NCBI RefSeq assembly: GCF_006345805.1
Contig: NC_043007.1
Location: 9,858,001 to 9,922,000, forward strand
DNA from: Octopus sinensis
Lineage: Eukaryota
Direction of reading: 5' to 3'
DNA length: 64,000 nucleotides
Made by a program: the position numbers and the translations under genes. The notes beneath the pieces were generated by a model. It searched no databases, had not been told where the DNA came from, and saw only the letters and a program-made list of their open reading frames with translations. Shown here one piece after another: positions 51,411-64,000 of the stretch; position 1 is the stretch's first letter, and the number at the start of each line of letters is the position of its first letter.

Positions 51411-52914
51411 ATTATACGTATTTCGGTAAAAAATCAACAATAAATTGATATAATTCGAATTAGACACTGGCGCCTGCTTGATTGATTTAAATATATGCAA
51501 AATGACCCTATCACCACCATTACAAACTGTATCAATAAAATTAAATGTTTATTGAAAAAAAAAAGTATTCCAATCAATGAAAAATACATAATACTTATCA
51601 TATGTAAGCAGCAACAGAATGTAGATGTGTTCGATATCGATTGTGAAACGGGTTCAAATTTCTTCCAAATAAATTGGGTTAAATCATTTGACTGGTCACC
51701 AATATCTATCTTTCACTTGTTTCAGTCATTAGACTGCATCCATGCTGGGGTACTTCTTTGAATGGGTAGTAGAACAAATCGACCCCAGTAATTATCATTT
51801 TTTTTAAAGTCAAGTACTTATTTTATCGGTGCTTTATGCCGAACCGCTAACTTACGGGGACGTAAACAAACCAACACTGGTTGACCGAGGGAGGAGGGAC
51901 AAACACAACTACAAAGGCGCGCGCACACACACGAAGGGGCTCTACACCGTTTCCGTCTATCAAATTCACTCACAAAGCAATAATCGATAAAGAGCTATTG
52001 TAGAAGCACTGGGCCCTTTAGATTAGAATTGGGCCCCCTAAACCCGTGAAACCCATGAGAAACTATACAGTGGGCTCATTCCTTCAGCCAACAATGACTA
52101 CACGACCACGCCGGTGCCTCTTTAATAATATTACTGGTATTGTTAATAATGGTTTTAAATTTTAGCACAAGGTTAGTCATTTCGAAAGAGCAGGTAAGTT
52201 GATTACATCGACCTCAGTGCTCAACTAGTACTTATTTTATCGACCCCTAAAGGATGAAAGGCAAAGTCGATCTCGGTGGAGTTTCAACTCAAAGTAAAGA
52301 CGGTCAAAATGTCGCTAAACAATTTGCCAGGAATACTAACTCGCAGCCGTACTGATATAGTTAATAATGTTGATAATTCATCTGATGTGATTACTGAAAA
52401 ATATAATTGACGTTTTATGCACGAAATATTTCAAAAAATTTTCACCGGGTTTAAGGTGTTGTGCGAAACTACAGACCACATCTCGACTATCTATGAGCGA
52501 AGCTGATTTATATGAAAAACCGCACCATTGCGGTTTTCAATAGCCGAATTGGTAAGAGAAAAATTGATTGGAACATAAATGCTTGTAACAGTAAATTGGA
52601 AGCGATCAATTACAATTGATTGTGCTGTGCCAGTAAATGCTGTCGACAAACTAAACTGCAAAGTTGCGACTGTAGCGATTTTAAAGACGCCTCGATAGAT
52701 TGAAGATTGTCACTCAGTGTTTAGATAGCTCTTTTATTTGTTTAAGTCATGGGGCTGTGGCCAAGTTGGAGCATCGCACTGAAGGGTTTTAGCCGTGCAA
52801 ATTGACGCCTGTACTTACTTTTAAGTCTGGTACTTATTCTATTTGTCTCTTTTGCCGAACCGCTACCTCATGTGGACGTAAACAAACCACGTCAGTTGTT
52901 AAGTATTAGTGGCG

Positions 52915-53137
52915 AGCTGGCAGAATCGTTAGCACGCCGGGCGAAATGCTTAGCGGTATTTCGTCTGCCGCTACGTTCTGAGTTCAAATTCCGCCGAGGT
53001 CGACTTTGCCTTTCATCCTTTCGGGGTCGATAAATTAAGTACCAGTTACGCACTGGGGTCGATATAATCGACTTAATCCGTTTGTCTGTCCTTGTTTGTC
53101 TCCTCTGTGTTTAGCCCCTTGTGGGTAGTAAAGAAAT
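52915..53137 (+). mobile_element. SINE-A1 with 14-bp TSD
   Basis: aagtattagtggcg at 52901-52914 and 53138-53151. Confidence 0.92.
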
Positions 53138-53574
53138 AAGTATTAGTGGCGGAGGGATAGTCGGGTCCTGGGCGACTCGACTTGTATTGACAGTCCAGAG
53201 TGGCCTCCGCAGGTGGCTGCTCTGGTGCTGGAAAGAAAGTACTGTGATCATATAACTGACTCGTGTAAAAACGAGAATTATAGAATTCTTTTTTGGAGCC
53301 CCGGACTGCGGTTGCAAGAATGCCTGCAAGTTGAAAGAAATTACTCGGGGAAGGATTGTAGAGGTTTATCGCCTCCAATTTGTGTATAAATTGTGTGTAT
53401 TATAATTGTATGGGCTTTTTAGTCCAAATATATTGTATTTTAAATTGTAAGACGGTTGATACCTCTGTATATGATGTGTTTAAAAGAACAATGTTTTAGA
53501 GAAGCGGAGGGTCGGCGGGCGCTTTTTGTCTTCTCTCATCTTTGTCATTTTTCTATCATAATCGTATATACGTA

Positions 53575-53815
53575 TATATATATGTATGTGTATGTGTGTG
53601 TGTTTGTGTGTCTGTGTTTGTCCCCCTAGCATTGCTTGACAACCGATGCTGGTGTGTTTATGTCCCCGTCACTTAGCGGTTCGGCAAAAAGAGACCGATT
53701 GAATAAGTACTGGGCTTACAAAGAATAAGTCCCGGGATCGAGTTGCTCGATTAAAGGCGGTGCTCCAGCATGGCCGCAGTCAAATGACTGAAACAAGTAA
53801 AAGAGTAAAAAGAGT
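53575..53815 (+). mobile_element. SINE-B 3' half
   Basis: Linker and tail match the young SINE-B copies. Confidence 0.85.
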
Positions 53816-54796
53816 AATCATTCGCCTCATCAATGTCCAGCCCGCAAAGCTACCTCATCTATGTGCTGCCTAAATGGTAAATTTAATGAATAAAAGTATT
53901 AGTGGCGGAGGAACACACACACACACACACACACACACTATATGACGGGTTTCCACACCAAAATCACTCACAAGGTATTAGGTGGCCCGAGGTTATAGTA
54001 GAAGATATTCGTCCAAGATGATATATAGCTGGACTTAAATCAAAACCACGTGGTTGTGAGCTTCTTAACCATACAGCCATGCCTGCGTCAATATGGTATG
54101 CTTTTTTCTATAAGCTGGAGGGAAAATACAAAACTAGAATTACGTATCACCAGAAATCGGAACGAATACGTAAATGCTTGGTTTGCCTATGTTCAGTCCA
54201 TGCAGGACTAAGACCTCAATGTGCTCTCTCCATCAACTACGGACTGATGTGGGGGCCGTAAATTTGAGCTTGAGACCATACTGGTTTGATGACCCTATTC
54301 TCCGACGTTGGCTTGACATGGCTTGGTAGAGGAGTGCAGTTTTTTTTTTTTACTCTTACCCAGATCTAGTTAAGTTGATTACATCGACCCCAGTGCTCAA
54401 CTGGTACTTATTTTATCGGCCCCGAATGAATGATAGGTAAAGTCGACTTCAGCGGAATTTGAGCTCAATACGTAAAGACGGACGAAATGCCGCTAAGCAT
54501 TTTGCTCGGCGTGTTAACGATCTTGCCAGCTAGCTGCCTTTGAATGATTAAAAGTCACTTTATTAAATAAGCCCGTTAGCATTTAGTTTTCATTCGTATT
54601 TATTAAAAGATTTTAGTCCCGCTATCAAATGCACCTTAACCCAAAGACAGCCAGCATATTCATAGACCGTGTTAGCAGCAGAAACACAAAACTGAATTGT
54701 GATAAATACGACTTACCACAGTTTCCAAGTACAACGAAGAACCATTCGGAATTTTCACCGCGCCTGCCAGATTTCATCGTTTTCGGAATCACATCT

Positions 54797-55003
54797 CTCT
54801 TTCTCTTTTACTTGTTTCAGTCATTTGACTGCGGCCATGCTGGAGCACCGCCTTTAGTCGAGCAAATCGACCCCGGGACTTATTCTTTGTAAGCCCAGTA
54901 CTTATTCTATCGGTCTCTTTTGCCAAACCGCTAGATGACGGGTACGTAAACACACCAGCATCGGTTGTCAAGCAATGCTAGGGGGACAAACACAGACACA
55001 CAA

Positions 55004-55046
<43 letters not shown>

Positions 55047-55212
55047 TACGACAGGCTTCTTTCAGTTTCCGTCTACCAAATCCACTCACAAGGCATTGGT
55101 CGGCCCGGGGCTATAGCAGAAGACACTTGCCCAAGGTGCCACGCAGTGGGACTGAACCCGGAACTATGTGGTTGGTTAGCAAGCTACTTACCACACAGCC
55201 ACTCCTGCGCCT
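54797..55212 (-). mobile_element. SINE-B full length
   Basis: Complete head, linker and tail. Confidence 0.9.
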
Positions 55213-55711
55213 ATATGTTGTCTAAAATAAAATATTGTGCTACGTAACTGAATATCATCTACAAGGAGAACAGCTGAAGAATATTTAAATAATTTAGAAA
55301 TAATATTTGATTGGTTAAAAAATTATAGCTTCTTTTGTTTTCCTTTTTTCGCCTAGAAGTCAGTTATTAACGTGTCTGGCAAAAGATTATCTAACACAAA
55401 AAAAAACCCAAACGCATTAAAACATTTCTGAATCCAAAATAATGCGTCTGGAATAACAGTATTTGTTTGGAAAGTCGGATTTTATCGCACTTTCATTAAG
55501 AACCTTACTGTACAGCTCTATAGGCGAAGGCATGTCTGTGTGGCGAAGATCGCTTTGCAACTACGTTTCGGGTTCAGTCCTACTTCCTGACACCATGGGC
55601 AAGTGACTTCCACTATAAGCTCAGATAGCCCAATGATTTGTGAATGAATTTGGTAAACGAAAACTGCCTAAAAGGCCACTGCATAATATAGGTATGCAAG
55701 TATATAGCTCC

Positions 55712-55890
55712 TACACGCATTCTTTTCTCTCCTTGTTTTTTTCTGTGTATCTTTCTGTCGAAGAGCGTAGGCTCGAAACGTAAAAGACTTTTTCTATTTC
55801 TATTCCTGAGCGCTATACTAATACATTTGTTTGTTTGTACTCCACCTGCCTTCGTCTTTTGTTTATTTTCGTAAACCTTCCCGTTATATA
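55712..55890 (+). mobile_element. Family-H Penelope-pLTR-like repeat with hammerhead-like motif (55750-55787)
   Basis: TCTTT-CTGTCGA-A-GAG(CGTAGG)CTC-GAAAC-GTA-AAAGA. Confidence 0.65.
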
Positions 55891-55956
55891 TATACATATA
55901 TATATGAATGTGTGTGTATTTGCATCTTTGTTTTTGCCACCACGACCACCACTACC

Positions 55957-56189
55957 TATTTCTTTATTACCCACAAGGGGCTAAACATAGAGGGGACAAT
56001 CAAGGACAGACATAGGTATTAAGTCGATTACATCGACCCCAGTGCGTAACTGGTTCTTAATTTTTCGACCCCGAAAGGATGAAAGGCAAAGTCGACCTCG
56101 GCGGAATTTGAACTCAGAACGTTACAGCAGACGAAATACGGCTACGCATTTCGCCCGGCGTGCTAACGATTCTGCCAGCTCGCCGCCTT
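55957..56189 (-). mobile_element. SINE-A1 with 13-bp TSD
   Basis: gaccaccactacc at 55944-55956 and 56190-56202. Confidence 0.92.
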
Positions 56190-56819
56190 GACCACCACTA
56201 CCGTTTCACAATCTATGTTAGTGTGTTTACGCCCCATAACTTAGTGGTTCGGTAAAATAGACCGTTAGGATCAGTACCAAACTTAAGAAAAAAACTAAAT
56301 ACTGAGATCGATTTCTTCGTCTAAACCTTTCAAAGTGGTGCCCCAGCATGGCCGCTGTTTAATGACTATTTGGTACTAATTAGATGGGTGTTTAATAATT
56401 GGTTGGGCTGATTTAGGCTGTGTGTTGTAACCTCTATTAAAACCACATCTATTTACAGTTTTCGATTAAACTACTTATATACAAAAACATATTCAGAGGT
56501 TTTAACCAAGAGTAAACTGTATGCCAGAAGTGTCTAGATAAGTATTTATCACAAGAGGTATGACTGCATGCAAGCTAGAAAGGATAGCTGTATCTTTGTG
56601 TCATGAGAGGCGGGAAAATTCTGTGTTCATCGGAGACAAGCGATTCCCTTTTAACCTGGAGTCGAGCATCGACCAAGAAGCCTGTCTACTCACGGACTTC
56701 TGTTGTCTCTATCTTACGTATGGCACGCATCTCAATTTATAACAATGTTTTGGCAAGAAACTCTATGATTTCGAACGATAACAGCTCAACCATTATTGAT
56801 TAACTATTTAGCTGAGATT

Positions 56820-57158
56820 GTGAAGGTGCATGGCTCAGTGGTTAGGGTGTAGAGCTTACGATCGTGAGGTTGTGAGTTCGATTCCCGGACCGGGCCGTGT
56901 GTTATGTTCTTGAGCAAGACACTTTATTTCACGTTGCTCCAGTTCACTCAGCTGTAGAAATGAGTTGCGACATCACTGGTGCTAAGCTGTATCGGCCTTT
57001 GCTTTTCCCTTAGATAACATCAGTGGTGTGGAGAGGGGAAGCTGGTATGCACGGGTGGCTGCTAGCCTTCCACAAACAATCTTGCCCTGATTTGTGCCTC
57101 GGAGGGTAACTTTCTAGGTGCAATCCCATGGTCATTCATGACCGAAGGGGGTCTCCTC
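56820..57158 (+). mobile_element. SINE-C full length
   Basis: tggctcagtggttaggg A box, gagttcgattccc B box, 3' catggtcattcatgaccgaagggggtctcc. Confidence 0.85.
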
Positions 57159-58172
57159 CTCATTTAGCCGAGATTACCTGAGTGTCAAGACTGTTGTTCG
57201 TTACTGAGATGACGTGATTTCAAATCTAAGCTCTGATGCAAATAAAACCGGTAAAAGATAAAAAGATAGACGATAATTTAAAGAATTTACCATTCAAATG
57301 ATCAGATGATTGTTAACAAAGTTTTGTGATTTGAAACAAGAAGTGATTAAGGCTACAGACCTCACACATTGCAAAGGATATATAAGCCAGAGAATCCAGG
57401 ACACGAGCTTTATGAGCCGATGGCTCGTGAAGGATCTTTGATCCTTATTGGATATATATATATATATATATATGAGGTATACTTGCCATCTCAATATGGC
57501 TAACCACTAAGGGTAGGTGTTACTGTAGCTTGTAGCCCCAGGAGAACACCGTCTTCAGCTGGCTTTAGGCACACATTCTGTGCTCTTATGGTATTTGCAA
57601 AGAGAGGTCACCCTTTCTCGTCAACCTAAATGATACGCACGGACTGCAGTTTCTATACATATATATATATAGTAGCCTACAAAGCTTCGAAACTCAGCAC
57701 GAAAATACTAATGCATTATCAAAACTGCCGATTAATCAGACATAATTAAAGTTTTAATGAAAATCATAACCTATCTCTGGATTCGAAATAACATCAAATT
57801 ATTGATGTAATACCGTTTCCAAGAAAAAAAAAATTCAGTCAGCCACAAAGTCTGATATCGTTATTATTCGAATTCAACAATTTGTCGATAATAATTGGTC
57901 GGAAAAAAAGAAGAAGAAAAAAATCAACAAAAGAAAGATTAAAATATCTATAAGAATATTGGATAAAATATGATGCAATTAATTATCACGGGAATTTAAT
58001 TAATTTTGCCGTTTAATTCTCTTTGCCTAATTGTTCTGAAAAAAAATATATTACCAAGTAAATTTTGTTGTATCTCGACAGGGTCTTTATGCCAAAAATA
58101 AACACACGCATTAGGTCTAGTTCACTTATTGTTGTTGTTGTTGTGGTGGTGGTGGTGGTGGTAGTAGTAGTA

Positions 58173-58443
58173 ATACCCTTCCCCAACCCCTAACCCTAAC
58201 CCTAACTAACCCTAACTCTAACCCTAAATCTAAAATAGATTGAAATGCAGTAGATCGATACTAGGGCCATAATTATGGGTGACATTTTCATTTGACACCG
58301 CTAGAAAAAAATCCCATTTTCCGTAGCGGTGTCGTATGAAATTGCCACCCATAATTATAACCCTAGTATCGATCTATTGCATTTCAATCTATTTTAGATT
58401 TAGGGTTAGGGTTAGAGTTAGGGTTAGGGTGGGGGAAGGGTAT
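58173..58443. mobile_element. 271-bp fold-back (MITE-like) element with subterminal telomeric repeats
   Basis: Arms 58173-58303 and 58324-58443 are imperfect reverse complements; (CCCTAA)n on the left, (TTAGGG)n on the right. Confidence 0.8.
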
Positions 58444-59494
58444 CTTTTTTCTTCACAAATGTAAATAAACCCAATCTGTTTCTTAAAGGAGGGACATATT
58501 CATTATGCACAGAATGTTATTTACGTCAATGGAGGTAATTGATTGGTTAAAATTGCCGAAATGCAAGTAATTTCAGACGAAATATCTTACAAACTATAGA
58601 ATTTTCTCAATAAAACACATTCTACCAGTATACGAAGTTTAAAACTTTTTAGTTACCTAGAAATTATGTTACAAAGTGCCGTTCAAAAGGAAAAGATCCG
58701 TAGCAGTTGATGTAATACGATGGAGTGTTCACGGTCGGGTTGTTTAGTGTAATGGGTATGAGAATACCACCACCTTAACGTTGTCCGTTGGTTATTAGTT
58801 TAATGAAAGTTTTTCTCACGTCGGGTTGACTCTATAGTTGTTGGTGGAAGAGATGATGTCGGCGATGGTAGTTGTTGACAGCAGTGTGTGGCAGACAGAC
58901 GTCGCCCACTGAGTTCGTGTGCTCGATAGCTGTGCGATGATATACAACAATTCGACTTATAAAATTATAAAGTTTATTGTAGCAGTGAGTTACGTACAAT
59001 GTTTAATGTCTTGTATAAGATTTCTGTAAAGAAGTAAGTCGTATTTTATAGAGATGTCTGTAGTGTGGTTGCGGTGAATGAATTAATGCTGAGGACATTA
59101 GATGTACTTCATGCATTTAGGAAGAGACCCGACAGAAATGTTTCTAGAAAAGCATGAGAGATGACAAAATTGAGTTTGGTCGATTCTTCTAGCGCACGTG
59201 GACGAAGCGTTCGTGTAAGAGACGCCAGCGCGAATGCGTTCGAACCAAACTACCAGCCGCGAGTCCTTTAGAGAAACAAAATGAAAGGAACTCAATTAAA
59301 CATGGTCGTAGCCACATTATATAAGTGACAAACGGACGTAGTAGAGAGAGCCTGATCGGATGAAGTAGAGGGAGCCTATTTATTCGGCCAATCACGGACC
59401 AAATAGAGCTGTAAACTTACAGTGTCGTTTGAGACTACTTGGAGACCAAAAATGCATGTTTTAAACCAACGCTATTACAGACATACTACATCTG

Positions 59495-59527
<33 letters not shown>

Positions 59528-59529
<2 letters not shown>

Positions 59530-59715
59530 GTTTTTTTCTCTCCTTTTTTTCTCTCCTTGTTTCTCTCCTTGTTTTTTCTGTGTATCTTTCTGTAGACGAG
59601 CGTAGGCTCGAAACGTAAAAGACTTTTTTTCTATTCCTGAGCGTTATACTAATACATCTGTTTGTTTTGCACACCACCTGTCTTCGTCTTCTGTTTTTTT
59701 CGTAAACTTTCCCTA
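59528..59715 (+). mobile_element. Family-H repeat with hammerhead-like motif (59585-59622)
   Basis: TCTTT-CTGTAGA-C-GAG(CGTAGG)CTC-GAAAC-GTA-AAAGA. Confidence 0.65.
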
Positions 59716-59729
59716 TATATATATGCATG

Positions 59730-59775
<46 letters not shown>

Positions 59776-59807
59776 TGTGTTGTGTATGTATGTATGTATG
59801 TATATAT

Positions 59808-59869
<62 letters not shown>

Positions 59870-60290
59870 CATTTTGTAAACAAACTTATAAGCGCCGCGT
59901 GCGTCGGTATCTGCAGAAAATAACGGAATTCGCGATACATATACGACGGGCTTCCACACAGCTTCCGTCTACCAAGGATACTTCTCCAAGATGCTGCGCT
60001 GTGATACTGAACCCGAAACTACGTGGTTGCAAATCAAACTTCTCAACTCCACGGCTATGTTTTTTTTTTCTATCACGAGACTGATTCACAAACATCGCTG
60101 TCGTCACTCGCTGATCACGATCTTTAATTATTAATACAATTTCCATGACCCTCAACAAAACCACGCAAATCCATCAGTCAACCATAAGCTTCGGTACAAT
60201 ACACTGTATCAATAATTAAATGACAAGGGGAAATAATTCTAAGTTATTTTAAATAATGTTTAGCAGCAAGGCTTATTTATTTGCAGTGTC

Positions 60291-61039
60291 ACTCTTACTC
60301 TCTTTTACTCTTTTACTGGTTTCAGTCATTTGACTGCGGCCATGCTGGAGCACTGCCTTTAATCGAGCAACTCGACCCCGGGACTTATTCTTTTGTAAGC
60401 CCAGTACTTATTCTATCGGTCTCTTTTGCCGAACCGCTAAGTAACAGAGACATAAACACACCAGCATCGGTTGTCAAGCAATGCTAGGGGAACAAACACA
60501 GACAAACACACACACGCATATACATATATACGACGGGCTTCTTTCAGTTTCCGTCTACCAAATCCACTCACAAGGCTTTAGTCGGCCCGAGGCTATAGCA
60601 GAAGACACTTGCCCAAGGTGCCACGCAGTGGGACTGAACCCGGAACCATGTGGTTTGTAAACAAGCTACTTACCACACAGCCACTCCTATGTCTATGCCT
60701 GTCAATGTCTGGATTTATATTTTATTTTTACTTGTTTCAGTCATTGGACTGCGGTCATGCTGGGGCACTGCCTTAGAGTTTAGTTGAACCAATCGACCTC
60801 CACTGCATACTTTTAAGTCTGGTACTTATTTTAATGGCCTCCTTTGCCGAACCGCCAAGTTACGAGGACGTAAACACAGTAATACCATTTGTCAAGTGGT
60901 GGTGGGAAACAAGTAGAAGAAAACACACACACACAGTACTTATTCTATCGGTCTCTTTGCCGAACGGCTAAGTTATGGGGACGTAAACACACCAGCATCG
61001 GTTGTCAAGCGATGTTGGGGGGACAAACACAAACACACA

Positions 61040-61118
<79 letters not shown>

Positions 61119-61280
61119 CTTGCTTCCACACAGTTTCCGTCTATCAAGTTCATTCACAAGGCATTGATTGATCTGGGTCTGGAGTAGTAGGCACTTGTCT
61201 AAGGTGCCGTACAGTGGGACTGTACCCGAAGCCACATGGTTGCAAAGCAAACTACTTAATCAAACAGTCATATCTGCGCC
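60291..61280 (-). mobile_element. SINE-B full copy (60291-60688) plus two degraded copies
   Basis: Repeated tail, linker and head segments. Confidence 0.85.
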
Positions 61281-61737
61281 TAAATAACGATACGCCTCTG
61301 GCAATGACACCACCGACCATCCGTAAGATAAAATGGCCGTCACACATTTTGTGACGGCCATTTTATCTTACAGTTTAATGTCTCTCGACAGAATCTGCAT
61401 TAAAAAAGAAATTCAAAAGAAATTGTTAGTATGTTAGCTCAGATCTTGAATTCAATTGATCACATGAATTCGTTTACGCGATAATGTAGCAGACAACTTG
61501 ACATTTCAGCCAATTAAACCGCTTTCTTTAGACGTAAATCAGACAACCAACTTAGAGCCTATAGACTGTATAATAAGCTGTGGCTTTTCGCGGGCAAGTA
61601 GAATTTGTTGCAGTGTCGGTCGATCTAAGAGTAAAGTACATTCTCTCACACACTATGACACACACTCCCTCTCATTCACTTTCATTCACTCTGATACTCT
61701 CTCAACTCTTAAAACAAAAAAGAATTAGATGAATAAT

Positions 61738-62308
61738 GTCGCATGAAGCAGCGGCAAATATAAAAAAAATGTTCGTGTAAAGTCATAATTCAACACGTTC
61801 GAGGGTATTCCCGACGTGATAAGACTTTTCGCTGCGAATATAGTTCCATAAGAATGTTCTCTACCAAGATATGTCTGAAAACATATTTTGGGGGCTGTAA
61901 ACGACGTCATTTGATCGTATGACGCATGTATTTCTGCGTCATCCAGCTTCGTCACCAAAGAAAACCAAATCTGTCATTCACAGCACGAAAAAGAACGAAA
62001 TCATTCTTATTAAAAGTCCGGTTAGAATTAGGTAAACGATATCGCACGAAGCAACGTTGAATATAAGATATTCGTGCGAAGTCATACTTAGCACGTTCGC
62101 ATGTATTCGGACGTGATAAGACCTTTTACTCCAGAGATAGTCTCGGGGGGAAAAATTTTTCACCAAGATATGTGCAATAAGACATTTTGTAGGGTTGTGA
62201 ATGATGTCATTGGATCGTATGATGCATGCGCTTCTACGCCAGTTCACTTCGTCAGCTACAAAAACGTATGCTTTGACACATACATACATACATACATACA
62301 TACATACA

Positions 62309-62339
<31 letters not shown>

Positions 62340-62350
62340 GCATACATAGA
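61738..62350. repeat. Diverged about 300-bp tandem duplication followed by (ACAT)n
   Basis: 61738-61958 vs 62041-62262 share tcgca.gaagca, gacgtgataagac, accaagatatgt and gatcgtatga.gcatg. Confidence 0.7.
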
Positions 62351-62580
62351 TACAAGAACTAAAACGCATTGCGACATGAGACTCAGCTCTCACGCTCGTA
62401 TTCACTAATATTGCTGCCCTTGTGGCAAAATTTGAAACAATTGTCCGTGGCTTCGTCTATTTCGAGTGCCACCATTATAACGATCTATTGCACAATATTA
62501 TACATATTTTTTTTTTTTTTTGCATGAAAGTTTTGTGAAGATGAAATTCGTCCATTATTACGAACAGGATCAACATCGTA

Positions 62581-63410
62581 TACTCTTTTGCTTGTTTCAG
62601 TCATTTGACTGCGGCCATGCTGGAGCACCGCCTTTAGTCGAGCAACTCGACCCCGAGACTTATTCTTTGTAAGCCCAGTACTTATTCTATCGGTCTCTTT
62701 GCCGAACCGCTAAGTGACGGGGACGTAAACACACCAGCATCGGTTGTCAAGCAATGCTAGGGGGACAAACAGACACACACACATATATATATACATATAT
62801 ACGACAGGCTTCCTTCAGTTTCCGTCTACCAAATCCACTCACAAGGCATTGGTCGGCCCGGGGCTATAGCAGAAGACACTTGCCCAAGATGCCACGCAGT
62901 GGGACTGAACCCGGAACCATGTGGCTGGTTAGCAAGCTACTTACCACACAGCCACTCCTGGAATGTAATATTTACACTTATTTTTGTGTAATTTTATGAC
63001 TTATTAACTTACTCTTTTACTTGTTTCAGTCATTTGAGTGTGGCCATGCTGGAGCACCGCGTTTAGTCGAGCAAATCGCCCCCAGGACTTATTCTTTGTA
63101 AGCCTAGTACTTATTCTATCGGTCTCTTTGCCAAACCGCTAAGTTACGGGGACGTAAACGCACCAGCATCAGTTGTCAAGCGATGTTGGGTGGACAAACA
63201 TAGACACACAAACATACACACGCGCGCGCGCGCACACATATATATATACATATATACGACGAGCTTCTTTCAGTTTCCGTCTACCAAATCCACTCACAAG
63301 GCTTTGGTCGGCCCGAAGTATAGTAGAAGACACTTGCTCAAGGTTCCACGCAGTGGGACTGAACCCGGAACCATGTGGTTTGTAAGCAAGCTACTTACCA
63401 CACGGCCATA
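62581..63410 (-). mobile_element. Two full-length SINE-B copies (62581-62960 and 63009-63410)
   Basis: Complete head, linker and tail in each. Confidence 0.9.
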
Positions 63411-63520
63411 CACCCAATGCTATGTTATCTTTAGACTGAGTTTTCTTTTCGAATTTCGTGTGTTGTGTGGATATGTTATGATCTGTATATTCTTCATAAC
63501 TTATTTAAAAGACTTTTATA

Positions 63521-63988
63521 GGCGCAGGTGTGGCTGTGTGGTAAGAAGCTTACTTCCTAACCACGTGGTTCCGGATTCAGTCCCACTGCGTGGCACCTAG
63601 GACAAGTTTCTTTCAGTTTCCATCTACCAAATCCACTCACAAGGCTTTGGTCGGCCCGAGGCTATAGTAGAAGACACTTGCCCAAGATGCCACGCAGTGG
63701 GACTGAACCCGGAACCATGTGGTTGGTAAACAAGCTACTTACCACACAGCCATATGTGTATATCTATGTGTGTGTCTGTGTTTGTCCCCCCTATCATCAC
63801 TTGACAACCGGCATTGGTGCGTTTATGTACCCGTAACATAGCGTGTTCGCCAAGAAGTACCGATAGAATAAGTACCAGGCTTAAAAAATAAGTACTGGGG
63901 TCGATTTATTCGACTAAAATTTCAAGGCAGAGCCCTCAGCATGGCCGCAGTCGAATGACTGAAGCCGGTAAAAGATAAAAGATAAAAG
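63521..63988. mobile_element. Rearranged SINE-B: head (+) 63521-63607, inverted 5' half (-) 63608-63752, tail (+) 63765-63988
   Basis: Segment orientations read directly. Confidence 0.8.
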
Positions 63989-64000
63989 GTCTAAATTATT

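Noticed and set aside
56520-56800. Possible Tc1-like or Gypsy fragments (also 59050-59400 and 44870-45290)
   Set aside because: Only vague motif resemblance with many stops; needs a TBLASTX or HMM search to call

Overview
Repeat-saturated animal genomic DNA with a 100-N assembly gap at 19780-19879. It is most likely coleoid cephalopod or Octopus; this is an inference from the tRNA-derived SINE families and extreme microsatellite density and was not database-checked. I can support no intact protein-coding gene or functional RNA gene, and almost all supplied ORFs are translations of microsatellites or SINEs. The window contains: (i) dozens of tRNA-derived SINEs in four families (my working labels SINE-A, -B, -C, -R); (ii) dead non-LTR retrotransposon relics (Tx1/L1-type, R4/Dong-type with restriction-like endonuclease, RTE-type, CR1-type); (iii) DNA-transposon relics (Buster/Charlie hAT, mariner, two non-autonomous Helitrons); (iv) short Penelope-like repeats carrying minimal hammerhead-ribozyme motifs; (v) long simple-sequence tracts. 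The most notable observations are a 573-bp hairpin element whose circularised ends would extend its own stem (13002-13574), a SINE that appears to prefer an RGTAnT target also present in its own head and so builds concatemers, hammerhead motifs (one near-canonical, five sharing an A6U change), a telomere-repeat-bearing fold-back element (58173-58443), stacked (TAA)n-associated Dong insertions, and recurrent inverted duplications anchored at AT-only microsatellites. Coordinates were read by eye; boundaries of degraded elements are approximate (about +/-10-20 bp).
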